A DNA stretch of 64,000 nucleotides, taken from the NCBI GenBank assembly GCA_003151975.1, contig PLZD01000010.1:201261-265260 (forward strand). The letters are read 5' to 3'. The translations under genes were made by a program, and so were the position numbers. The stretch is from Elusimicrobiota bacterium. Lineage in GTDB: Bacteria > Elusimicrobiota > Elusimicrobia > UBA1565 > UBA9628. The notes beneath the pieces were generated by a model. It was not told the DNA's origin and did no database searches. It saw nothing but the letters and a program-made list of their open reading frames with translations. Shown one piece after another: positions 44,040 to 55,536 of this stretch. Every line of letters begins with the position of its first letter. The stretch's first letter is position 1.

Positions 44040-45275
44040 ATGCCCGCGTTCACTTATAAAGCTAAAGGCGCCGACGGCGCAGTCACGCAAGGCAGCATCG
44101 AGGCGCAGGATCAGAGAGCCGCCACCGATCGCCTGCGCTCCCAGAAGCTCGTCATCCTCGAGATCGGCGAAAAGCAGAGCAGCCCGCTCGACGCCGTCTT
44201 TAAAATGTTCAAGTCGAAGGGCCACGTCACCTCGAGTGACCTCTCGCTTTTCTCGCGCCAGCTCTCGACGCTGGTCGGCGCGGGCGTGCCGATCGTGCAG
44301 GGCCTCGGCATTCTGGAGAGCCAGGCCGAGAACCCGGCCTTCAAGGAAGTGCTGGGCGCCGTGCGCGGCGACATCGAAAGCGGCTTGTCGATTTCCGATG
44401 CGCTTAAGAAGCATCCCGACGCCTTCCCCGACCTGTATTGCTCGATGATCAAAGCCGGCGAGCTCGGCGGTATTCTGGACACCATTCTCGAACGCCTGAC
44501 CACGTACCTGGAAAACTCCGAGGCGCTTAAGGCCAAGGTCAAATCGGCGATGATGTACCCGGCCATCGTCTTGAGCATCTGCGCGGCCGTGACCGTGTTT
44601 CTGATGGTCTTCGTCATCCCGACCTTCAAGAACATCTTCGCGAGCTTCGGAGCGGCGCTCCCGCCGCTCACGCAAGGCCTCATCGACGTCTCCGACTTCA
44701 TGAAGCACTACTTCCCGGTCGTCATCGCGACGCCGATCGTCGGCTTCAAGGCCTTCACCTGGGCCTACAAGAAAAAGCCCGCCTTTACGAAGTGGGTCGA
44801 CGGCCAGACGCTCAAGGCGCCCATATTCGGCATCATCCTGAAGAAAGTCGCGGTCGCCAAGTTCACCCGCACGCTGGGCACGCTGGTGAAATCGGGCGTA
44901 CCGATTCTGCAGGCCCTTGAGACCGTGGCCCAGACCGCGGGCAACGTGGTCATTTCGGACGCGATCCTGCTCACGCGCGAGTCGATCCGCGAGGGCGGAC
45001 ATCTTTCCGATCCGCTCAAGAAGTCAGGCATCTTCCCGAACATGGTCACCTCGATGATCTCCGTCGGCGAGGAGACCGGCTCGCTCGACATCATGCTGTC
45101 CAAGATCGCGGACTTCTACGACATGGAGGTCGACGCCGCGGTGAAGGGCTTGACCTCGCTCATCGAGCCGCTGGTCATCGTCGTCATGGGTCTCGTCATC
45201 GGAACGATCGTCGTCGCGATGTTCATGCCCATGTTCGGCCTCGGCGAACTGGCCGGCAACATGGAAGGCAAGTAG
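44040..45275 (+). CDS. pilC: type IV pilus inner-membrane platform protein PilC (GspF family)
   Basis: Duplicated T2SS-F domains, ~400 aa. Confidence 0.85.
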   Translation: MPAFTYKAKGADGAVTQGSIEAQDQRAATDRLRSQKLVILEIGEKQSSPLDAVFKMFKSKGHVTSSDLSLFSRQLSTLVGAGVPIVQGLGILESQAENPAFKEVLGAVRGDIESGLSISDALKKHPDAFPDLYCSMIKAGELGGILDTILERLTTYLENSEALKAKVKSAMMYPAIVLSICAAVTVFLMVFVIPTFKNIFASFGAALPPLTQGLIDVSDFMKHYFPVVIATPIVGFKAFTWAYKKKPAFTKWVDGQTLKAPIFGIILKKVAVAKFTRTLGTLVKSGVPILQALETVAQTAGNVVISDAILLTRESIREGGHLSDPLKKSGIFPNMVTSMISVGEETGSLDIMLSKIADFYDMEVDAAVKGLTSLIEPLVIVVMGLVIGTIVVAMFMPMFGLGELAGNMEGK

Positions 45276-45297
45276 GCCGGCGCCCATCGGAGCCGGC

Positions 45298-45777
45298 GTG
45301 ATTGTCGCCGCGGTGTTCTCGATCCTGATCTCGGCGCACTCCGCCGCGGCCAGCGGCATGACGCCGTGCGGCATGTTCAGGACGGGCACGGGCGGCCGGT
45401 ACAATATCGGCGACGCCTACGCGGCCGCGGATCTCGTCGCGATCGGCCAAGTGATCCCTAAGTCGAGCATCACGCTGCGCATCAGCAAGAAAATCAAGGG
45501 CGGCGAAAAGAGTACAGACGTTGCCCTGACCGTTCCGACGTGCCAGGGCACGGCTTGCAGCGGCGGCTTCTCCGTGATGCCCGGCGTCGATCTCTTGTTT
45601 CTGCTCAAGCGCCTGCCGAACGGCGTCTACGACGGCGTCTCCGGCAACGGCAATTTCTCGTGCCCGACGGTGTTCGAGGTCAAAGACGGCGCCGCGCTGA
45701 TCGCGAAGAAAAAGATCGCGGTGAAATCGCTTAGGAAGTATCTCGAGTCGAAGCCTGAGCCGATTCCGATGTATTAG
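45298..45777 (+). CDS. secreted hypothetical protein downstream of pilC
   Basis: Signal peptide, Cys-containing, no motif. Confidence 0.4.
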   Translation: MIVAAVFSILISAHSAAASGMTPCGMFRTGTGGRYNIGDAYAAADLVAIGQVIPKSSITLRISKKIKGGEKSTDVALTVPTCQGTACSGGFSVMPGVDLLFLLKRLPNGVYDGVSGNGNFSCPTVFEVKDGAALIAKKKIAVKSLRKYLESKPEPIPMY

Positions 45778-46514
45778 CGCTTGGCGCGCAAAACGAACAC
45801 GCCGTCGCGCACGCCGGGGCCAAGCTCGGGGTGGATCATCGCGTCGATTATCTTGAACGGCGAGCGCGCGACCAAGGCTTCCCACTGCGGCAGATCGTAG
45901 CTGCGCAAATCATAGGCCGATTTAAGCACCTTGGACTTGCCGGCTTCCTTCAAGGTCAAGAAGTGGAGGATTTTCTCGAGCCGCTTCTTTCTTTCGGGAG
46001 CAATAGAGATCATTACATGATCGATGGCGCGCTTGCCCTCGCGCGCGTCCCAAGTCTCCTCGTCGTCCTGCTGGCCGTCGTAATCGGACAAGTCGAACTG
46101 AACGATGTAAATCCCGCCCGGGCGTAATGAGCGAGCCGTCAAAGCCAGATGCCGCAGCGCGTCCGCGTCGGACATCAGATGCCGGAACGTGCCGATCAGG
46201 TTGAATGCGAGATCAAACGACTCCGGCTCGCAGAAGCGCGTCATGCCCGACTTGATCAGCCGAGCATGGCGATTGCGCTTGCGCGCGAACGCGAGCGCGC
46301 GCTCGTTGATGTCGTAGCCCGTGACTCGAAACCCGCGCGCCTGGAAGAACTTCAGCAGGCGGCCCGTGCCGCAGGCGGGCTCGAGCACCTCCTTGCCGCC
46401 GTTGCCGTGCAGGCGGAACAGATCGAGGACCAGGCTCGCCTCCTCCTTGGTGCCCGACTCGTGCAGCAAGTCGTACCAGGCCGGCTCGTCGTAAAGCGCG
46501 GTCTCAATTCCCAT
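45774..46514 (-). CDS. class I SAM-dependent methyltransferase
   Basis: VLEPACGTGRL motif I. Confidence 0.65.
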   Translation of the reverse strand: MGIETALYDEPAWYDLLHESGTKEEASLVLDLFRLHGNGGKEVLEPACGTGRLLKFFQARGFRVTGYDINERALAFARKRNRHARLIKSGMTRFCEPESFDLAFNLIGTFRHLMSDADALRHLALTARSLRPGGIYIVQFDLSDYDGQQDDEETWDAREGKRAIDHVMISIAPERKKRLEKILHFLTLKEAGKSKVLKSAYDLRSYDLPQWEALVARSPFKIIDAMIHPELGPGVRDGVFVLRAKR

Positions 46515-47808
46515 CGAAGAGTGCCTTCTTTCGCAGCAGGCGGTGGTAGGTGATGCCGAAGCGATGCGCCTCGTCGCGCAGGCGCTGCAAAAGCTTCAAC
46601 GCCGGCCGGTCGCGCTCCATGATGATCGACTCGGACTTTCCCGGCATGAAGACTTCCTCGATGCGCTTGGCCAAAGACGCGATCGGCAGCCGGACGCCCG
46701 CGGCCTGCAGCGCTCCCAATGCCGCCGAAAGCTGGCCCTTGCCGCCGTCGATCAGCACGAGATCGGGCATGCCGCCCTCGCGCTTGAGCCGTACGTAGCG
46801 CCGGCGCACGACTTCGGCCATCGACTTGAAGTCGTCGATGCCGACGACCTCGCGAATCTTGAACTTGCGGTAGTGATCCTTGTGCGGCTCGCCGCCCTTG
46901 AAGCAGACCATCGAGGCGACGGTTTGATGTCCCTGAAAATGCGAAATATCGAAGCATTCGATGTGAAAGGGAGGGGAATTGAGACCGAGCGCTTTTTGCA
47001 AATCACTGACGGCCTCCGACGAGGCGATCTGGCCCGCGACATCTTCTTCTTTAACGGCTTGCACGCGCACGCGCTCGCCCATCTGCTCGATGGCGCGGAT
47101 GTTGTCGCGCAGGCGCGCCGCCCGTTCGTACTCAAGCTTGGATGAGGCAGACTTCATCTCCGACTCGAACTGGCCCTTGAGCTTGGGGTATTCTCCCTTG
47201 AAGAAGAGCACCGCGCGGTCGGCGATGCCGCGATAATCTTGCGGCGAGATCTTGCCCGCGCACGGCGCCGGGCACTCGCCCGTGTGATAGTAAAGGCAGG
47301 AGGTAATCTTGCGCTTATCGAGCGGCTTGGTCGTCGAGAAATCCCACCGACATGGCCTTAGCGGAAAAAATTGCTGGCGCCAAAGATAATTGAGCAGGCT
47401 CTTGATCGGGCCCGCCTGAGGATACGGCCCGAAATAAGCGGCGCCGTCCTTGATCTTCTTGCGCGTCATCAGAACGCGCGGGAAATCCTCGCCGAGCGTG
47501 ATCTTCACGTAAGGGTAGGACTTGTTGTCCTTCCACATCGAGTTGAAGAACGGCTGATGGCGGTAGATGAGCCGCCGCTCCAGAATGAGGGCTTCGCGCT
47601 CGGAGGCGCAGGGGATATAGTCGATCTTGCGGATGAGCGGAGCCAGGATCGCGACCTTGAGGTCGTCCTTGTTGGGATTGAAGTACTGCGCGACGCGCTT
47701 GGCCAGATCGATGGCCTTTCCTATATATAGGATGAGGCCCGACGCGTCGCGCATGATGTAGACGCCGCAGGCGTGGGGCAGATGCGAGCGGTCGAGGGCC
47801 GGTCTCAT
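46504..47808 (-). CDS. uvrC: excinuclease ABC subunit C (short form lacking the C-terminal HhH2)
   Basis: GIY-YIG (GVYIMRDASGLILYIGKA) plus a UvrBC/RNase H-like region. Start at ATG 47808 with a GAGG RBS. Confidence 0.7.
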   Translation of the reverse strand: MRPALDRSHLPHACGVYIMRDASGLILYIGKAIDLAKRVAQYFNPNKDDLKVAILAPLIRKIDYIPCASEREALILERRLIYRHQPFFNSMWKDNKSYPYVKITLGEDFPRVLMTRKKIKDGAAYFGPYPQAGPIKSLLNYLWRQQFFPLRPCRWDFSTTKPLDKRKITSCLYYHTGECPAPCAGKISPQDYRGIADRAVLFFKGEYPKLKGQFESEMKSASSKLEYERAARLRDNIRAIEQMGERVRVQAVKEEDVAGQIASSEAVSDLQKALGLNSPPFHIECFDISHFQGHQTVASMVCFKGGEPHKDHYRKFKIREVVGIDDFKSMAEVVRRRYVRLKREGGMPDLVLIDGGKGQLSAALGALQAAGVRLPIASLAKRIEEVFMPGKSESIIMERDRPALKLLQRLRDEAHRFGITYHRLLRKKALFDGN

Positions 47809-47829
47809 AACCTCAGTATAGTAGAATGG

Positions 47830-49347
47830 CGCGTGGCTCGTCCTTCTCGAATTCAGCGCGCGGATGCGGTTTTCTTGGCGGCTCTCGCCATCGGCCTGCT
47901 GATCCTTTGGCGCACGGCCTTCATCGAGTCGCATTGGGACGAGGACGCGGGCATGGCGATCGGCTGGCTGCTCTCGAAAGGCTGGCGGCTCTACTCGGAT
48001 GTCTTCTCGCACCACATGCCGCTCGACTACATCCCGAGCTGGGCGATCAGCTGTTTGTTCGGGCCGTCGCAGGCGCTGTGCCGCGCGTTCATGATCGGCG
48101 GCTGGGCGCTGCTTTGCTGCGGCTTGTGGCGGCTCGAGAAGACTCCCGCGATACTTTTCACTTTGCTCTCATCGCTGTGGTTGACTTATTGGATGGGCCA
48201 GATGCTCCTCGTCGAAAATCTTTGGGCGGGCTTTGCCGTGCTTCTGTTGGCCCTGGCTTCGTCGCCCGCGGCGAAAATCAAAGCGGCCGGCGCGGGAGCC
48301 TTGCTTGGAGCTTTGCTCTGCTCGTCTTTGACCTGCGGTCCGGTCTTTCTCCTTTTGCTTTTCGAATTTCTGCGCCAGCCCGGCTGGCGCAAATTCTTCC
48401 GCCAATTCGCGGCGGGATTCGCGGGCTGGATGTTCGTCTTTCTCGCGTGGTCTTGGAGCCACGCGGACCTGGGCCTCTGGTACACGGATGCCGTGCGCTT
48501 CAATAATTTCAGCTACGCGTTCTTCTCGGGCCTCAAGCCCGGCGAGGCGGGCGGCGGGTTGATGCTGCAAGCGCTCGCTAAAAATATCGGGTACTTCGCC
48601 TCGACTTTAAGCTGGAACAATCTCGAGCAATACTTCGAGGGGATCTTGCGCCTCGCGTGGCTCGGCTGGATCGCCTGGACGGCGGCGCAGAAGCGCTGGC
48701 GTGAGGCCGCGTGGTGGGCGGCGTTGGCGCTGGCGCTGCGCCTGCGCGTCGAGCATTTCCTCTACACGCCGCCGTTTCACGGCGCGCCGTTTTTCTTGGC
48801 GGGGACTTGGCTCTTGTCGCGCGCGCTCGTACTCGTTTGGGATGGATTGCGCGCGCGCGCAAAGACCATGGCCTGGGCCTGGGCCTGGGCCTGGGCCTGG
48901 GCCGCGGCGTGCGCGGTCTTGCTCGCGGCGACTTTGGTCCCGACGGCTCTGGCGACCGCGTCCTTGTCGGCCTATGACCGCGACGGGGGCGGGGACTCGG
49001 CGATCGTCGATGCGATCAAGAAAGCCACGGGACCTGAGGACGCCATCGCCGTGCTGCCAATGTATCCCAAGCTATACATCGAAAGCGGGCGCGTGCCGGC
49101 CACGCCGAGCGTGTTCTATCTGCCGTGGCAGGCCGCGTGGCCGGAGCAGCACGAGCGCACGCTCGCGGCGCTAAGAGATTGTAGTCCGAAAATCGTGGTG
49201 ATCTACGACACGAAGATTTGGGGCGTGCCTTGGAGCGAGTACGGCGCGGACATCGAGGCCTGGTTGCGGGAAAATTACCGCTCCGTCGGGAATTTTAAGG
49301 ACGCCCAGCTTTGGGTCCGCCGCGACCGTTTGACGCTGAGCCAATAA
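47830..49347 (+). CDS. polytopic membrane protein (GT-C/ArnT-like glycosyltransferase fold suspected)
   Basis: ~10 TM helices followed by a soluble C-terminal domain. Start uncertain (47773-47830). Confidence 0.45.
   Translation, partial: RVARPSRIQRADAVFLAALAIGLLILWRTAFIESHWDEDAGMAIGWLLSKGWRLYSDVFSHHMPLDYIPSWAISCLFGPSQALCRAFMIGGWALLCCGLWRLEKTPAILFTLLSSLWLTYWMGQMLLVENLWAGFAVLLLALASSPAAKIKAAGAGALLGALLCSSLTCGPVFLLLLFEFLRQPGWRKFFRQFAAGFAGWMFVFLAWSWSHADLGLWYTDAVRFNNFSYAFFSGLKPGEAGGGLMLQALAKNIGYFASTLSWNNLEQYFEGILRLAWLGWIAWTAAQKRWREAAWWAALALALRLRVEHFLYTPPFHGAPFFLAGTWLLSRALVLVWDGLRARAKTMAWAWAWAWAWAAACAVLLAATLVPTALATASLSAYDRDGGGDSAIVDAIKKATGPEDAIAVLPMYPKLYIESGRVPATPSVFYLPWQAAWPEQHERTLAALRDCSPKIVVIYDTKIWGVPWSEYGADIEAWLRENYRSVGNFKDAQLWVRRDRLTLSQ
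48871..48904. repeat. (GCCTGG)5 hexanucleotide microsatellite encoding WAWAWAWAWA
   Basis: Direct perfect repeat read from the sequence, in frame within the membrane protein. Confidence 0.8.
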
Positions 49348-49368
49348 AAAAGGTCTAATATCCCCGTT

Positions 49369-49662
49369 ATGGCAAAAGTACAGAAGTCAAAGCGCCACCG
49401 CTCCGCGCTCAAAGCTCACCGCCAGTCGGTGAAGCATAACCTGCGAAACCGCCGGATCAAGAAGGGCGTGCGCGAAGCCGTGCGCGCCGTCGCCGACGCG
49501 GCCTCAGCCAAGGATACGGTCAAGATGTCCGAGATCCTGTCGAAGGCTTCGTCCGCTCTTGATAAGGCGGCCCGCACGGGCGCCATTCACTGGAAAGCGG
49601 CGGCCCGCAAAAAGTCCCGCCTGGCTTACCGCGCGGCTCAGCTCGCCGCCGCTGGCAAATAG
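49369..49662 (+). CDS. rpsT: 30S ribosomal protein S20
   Basis: Lys/Arg-rich 97 aa with MAKVQKSKRHRSALKAHRQS, an S20-like N-terminus. Confidence 0.75.
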   Translation: MAKVQKSKRHRSALKAHRQSVKHNLRNRRIKKGVREAVRAVADAASAKDTVKMSEILSKASSALDKAARTGAIHWKAAARKKSRLAYRAAQLAAAGK

Positions 49663-50669
49663 TCCGGCTTACTCAGGTCCACGATCAGCCGTTCGAGCTC
49701 GATCCTCGGGTCTAGCCACGCCTTTGACTTGAGGTCCACGTCGGTCTCGAGGCAGCGCTTGAGATCGCGCAATAGGCGCGCTTCCGAAAGCTTCTGGACT
49801 TGGGCGATGAAATCCTTGTCGAACCAGGCGTTGAGCCGCAGGTTTCGCAGGATCGCGTCGGGCGCAAGACCCGCCTTGAGCATGCGCTTGGCCTTGAGCT
49901 GCTTGGAGACCGCCGTGTTGATCTGATTGAGCGCGCGGAAGGCCTGCTCGTCGGCTTTGCCCTCGGAGAGCAGGCGGCGCGTCTGCGCGAGGCAGGCCTT
50001 CAAGTTGCGCGACTGAATCAGGCGCGAGAGCGCGAAGGGATCGGCAGCCTTGTGGTAGCCGAGCACGGCCAGCACATCCTGGCTTGTGATCTGCGGTCTC
50101 TTGCCGGAGTAAAGGATGGCTTTCTCAAGTTCCTGAATCAAAACGCCCCAGTCCGTGCCGGCCTCGGCCACGAGTGCCGCCGCGGCGTCGCCTTCGAGCG
50201 TCTTGTCGGCGGCCTTGGCGGCGGCTTTGAGCCTTTCGACCGCCTCGTCTTCGCGCAGCGCGGAAAAAGTGCAGAGCGTACCCGCAGCGCTCGCCGCTTT
50301 GACTAGAACGTCCTTGGCGTCGGGCTTCCGCTCGTCCGAAAAGAGGATCAAGGTCGTCGAGGCGAGAGGCTCCTTGAGATACTCGGCCAGGGCCGCGCGC
50401 GCCGCGGCCGGGATCTTGGGGTTTCTGACGATGACCAGCCTACGGTCGTTGAACACCGGCAAGGTCGCGCATTCCGTCACGACGGCCGCGGCTTCCTCGT
50501 CGGGATCGCCGGAGAATTCGCGAAGGTTGAAGGCGTCGGTCTTGAAGGCCGCCTCGATGATCTCGAGAGCCGCGGCTTTGGAAGCGGCCTCTTCTCCGAA
50601 TAGATAGTAGACGGGCTTGAGCTTGCCCGACTTGAAATCCTTGATGAGGTCTGCGGCCTTAAGTTCCAT
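49638..50669 (-). CDS. holA: DNA polymerase III delta subunit
   Basis: 343 aa. YLFGEE N-terminal pattern. Position downstream of lptE-leuS. Confidence 0.7.
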   Translation of the reverse strand: MELKAADLIKDFKSGKLKPVYYLFGEEAASKAAALEIIEAAFKTDAFNLREFSGDPDEEAAAVVTECATLPVFNDRRLVIVRNPKIPAAARAALAEYLKEPLASTTLILFSDERKPDAKDVLVKAASAAGTLCTFSALREDEAVERLKAAAKAADKTLEGDAAAALVAEAGTDWGVLIQELEKAILYSGKRPQITSQDVLAVLGYHKAADPFALSRLIQSRNLKACLAQTRRLLSEGKADEQAFRALNQINTAVSKQLKAKRMLKAGLAPDAILRNLRLNAWFDKDFIAQVQKLSEARLLRDLKRCLETDVDLKSKAWLDPRIELERLIVDLSKPDYLPAAAS

Positions 50670-51224
50670 GCTGCGGGGTCTGGGGCTGCGCCGGGGGCTT
50701 CGCTTCCGGCGCCGGCTTCGGCGGCACCGAGAGGCCCCGGGCGACGCGATCGACGATGTCGCGCGAGAGAGCGTCCCAGATCAGCGCTTGGGCTCCGGGC
50801 TCATCGAGGCCGCCCGGCAAAGTCGCGGAGGCGTAGCTCTGCACGCCGTCCATGTCCCGTTCCTGCCAGATGACCTGCTTGCCTTTGCCGTCGAGCAGCT
50901 GCAGATCGACGCCCAGGCGCAGCTTGTAGGCCGTCGGATTTAGGTTCGAGTCGTATTGCGCGGGCTGAACGCTGTAGCGCTGGATGATCACGAGGATGAT
51001 GCGGTCGGACTTGCCCTCGGGCACCACGGGAAAGCGTCCTTCCCGGAGCGCCTCGTCGCGGATGGCTGAGGTCAGCTTGTCCTCGAGGCCGAACTGGGGG
51101 GACTTGTTGAGGGCGATGCGCACGGCCACCGTCGTTGTGGACGGCGGTTCGCGGCGCAGGAAGTCCGCGCAGCCGGCGTTGAATGCGCAGGAGGCGAAAA
51201 TCGCGAGAAGGCCTAAGCTTTTTT

Positions 51225-51228
<4 letters not shown>
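50659..51228 (-). CDS. lptE: LPS-assembly lipoprotein LptE-like
   Basis: Lipobox NAGC. Conserved leuS-lptE-holA gene order. Start at the Met adjacent to the leuS stop. Confidence 0.5.
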
Positions 51229-53738
<2,510 letters not shown>

Positions 53739-53795
53739 TCAGAGATTATATCAATATGAGGATGAGAGACACAGCGGTCCGAGCCGCCGAGGACT

Positions 53796-53805
53796 GTGGT
53801 ATGAT
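53796..53805 (+). promoter_or_regulatory. extended -10 element TGgTATGAT 7 nt upstream of the ATG at 53813 (possible leaderless transcript)
   Basis: Sequence read directly. No obvious RBS in the 7-nt gap. Confidence 0.3.
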
Positions 53806-53812
53806 GTGAGAT

Positions 53813-54310
53813 ATGCGGATAGCGCTTGCGCTGTGCGTTCTCGCCTTGACGTCGACGAGCTCTTGGGGCGCCGGCCTCTCCTCGTCCTGCCGGGAGGAAC
53901 TGGGCTCTTATTGCGGTTCGGAGCACGGCTTCCTCGACCGCCTGCGGTGCTTGGAGGGAAAGCGCGCCAAGCTGTCTGCGCCGTGCAAAGAGGCGCTCGA
54001 CCGCGAACATGCCGAGGGCGAGTCCTTCCGCTCCGACTGCAAGGCCGAGATCGGCGGCTCCTGCCTGAACCTCCAGGGGCGCGCGCTCATGGAATGCCTC
54101 GAGCGGCTTGGCGACAAGCTCGCAAAGCCCTGCGCCGACCGCGTCGCCGGCATGCACGCCGAGAGACGCTCGCGCCACGAGCGCATCCCGGCCGCCTGCC
54201 GCGAAGACGCGGAGAAGTCTTGCGGCGGGGCCGTCTCGGGCGGCATCAACGCCTGCCTCAAAGCCAACGCGGAAAAGATTTCCAAGAGCTGCAAGGACGC
54301 GCTCAAGTGA
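53813..54310 (+). CDS. secreted cysteine-rich repeat protein
   Basis: Signal peptide plus four repeats of the C..E....C......LL.CL......LS..C..AL pattern. Confidence 0.5.
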   Translation: MRIALALCVLALTSTSSWGAGLSSSCREELGSYCGSEHGFLDRLRCLEGKRAKLSAPCKEALDREHAEGESFRSDCKAEIGGSCLNLQGRALMECLERLGDKLAKPCADRVAGMHAERRSRHERIPAACREDAEKSCGGAVSGGINACLKANAEKISKSCKDALK

Positions 54311-54993
54311 TGCGCTTCGCGGCGTTCCTAACGGTTTCCTGCATTGTCAGCGCGGCCTGCGCGCCCAAGCCCGTGGTCGCGATCAAGCCCGGCTTCGACT
54401 TCACGAAACTTGGCGCCGTCGCCCTGCTCGATTTCAGCGACGCGGCGGGGCAGTCAGGCTCGGGAGTCATCGTCAGCGAGTCGCTCGAGCCGTTCCTGCT
54501 CAAGGCTGGCTACGACCTCATCGAGCGCGCGCAAGTCGACAAGGTGCTCAACGAGCAAAGTTTCAGCCATACAGAAAACGTCGACCCGCAGACGGCCGAA
54601 TCTCTGGGCAAGGTCTTGGGTGTCAAAGCAGTGGTCCTCGGCACCGTGACCTCCATCACCCAGGCGACGTCCAACACCGTCATGCAGACCGTGCAGAACG
54701 TCAACTATCAGCCGGTCTACCAGACCGTGCAGTACACAGCACCCGACGGCTCGGTCCGCTCGCGCAGCGAGCTCAGCCAATACGACGTCGTCACGACCAA
54801 CGACCAGATTCCCGTCACCTACACGACGCCCGCCACCCTCGCGTTCTCGGCGCGGCTCGTTGACGCGGAGACAGGCTCGGTGTTGTGGACCGGCTCGGTC
54901 GCCAGCGACGGGGACAGCCTGTCCGAGGCCGCGACAAGCGGCTCGCAGCGGCTGGTCGCGGCGCTAAAGAAAGCCTGGCCCGTCGCGCGCTAG
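54309..54993 (+). CDS. lipoprotein (LpoB/CsgG-like fold suspected)
   Basis: Lipobox VSAAC. The VALLDF...G..ISE.L...L.KAGYDLIERAQVDKVL.EQ pattern resembles LpoB/CsgG-type lipoproteins. TGATG overlap with the upstream stop. Confidence 0.45.
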
Positions 54994-55478
54994 CTGGGAC
55001 GAAAGACGCGCACAGACCTTCCCGCGGCGTCCTTGATCGGCGAGAGCTCCTCGAAGCGCAGGGCTTCGGAGCACAGCGCGCGCGCGCCGGCGCTCACGAG
55101 GATCGAGGACTCGGCCGCAAGCGACGACCGGCAAAGCGCGACGCTCATCTCCTGGTCTTCGGCGATGCCGATCGCGACCCGCAGGCCCACCGGGCCGAGC
55201 TTCGGATCGGCGGCCACGGATTTAATCTGTTTGAGGGCGGCGCGGCAGGCATGCAGCGCCGACTCGCTCGGCGTCTGCGATGAGATGCCGCCCCAGCTGG
55301 CGATGACCTGGTCGCCGAGCGCGCCTTCGAAGAAGCCCTGCTCCGCCTCGATGGCCTCGATCATCAGCGCCTTGAAGGACTTGAGCATGTCGGTCAGCTC
55401 GAGCGGGTCGCGATTTTTGGCGAGCTCGACGACGTTGTGTACGGCGGCGAAGTAGTGGATGGCGGCTGTACCCGTCAT
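54990..55478 (-). CDS. degenerate class III nucleotidyl-cyclase homology domain protein (likely catalytically inactive)
   Basis: FFEGALGDQVIASWGG and RVAIGIAEDQ fit the cyclase core, but the first metal-binding Asp position reads FAAVHNVV. Confidence 0.35.
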   Translation of the reverse strand: MTGTAAIHYFAAVHNVVELAKNRDPLELTDMLKSFKALMIEAIEAEQGFFEGALGDQVIASWGGISSQTPSESALHACRAALKQIKSVAADPKLGPVGLRVAIGIAEDQEMSVALCRSSLAAESSILVSAGARALCSEALRFEELSPIKDAAGRSVRVFRPS

Positions 55479-55536
55479 GGCGTTAGGAGGATTCTACCAA
55501 AGAGACTAGGGCCGCCGCCTTTTGGCATAATGGGGC

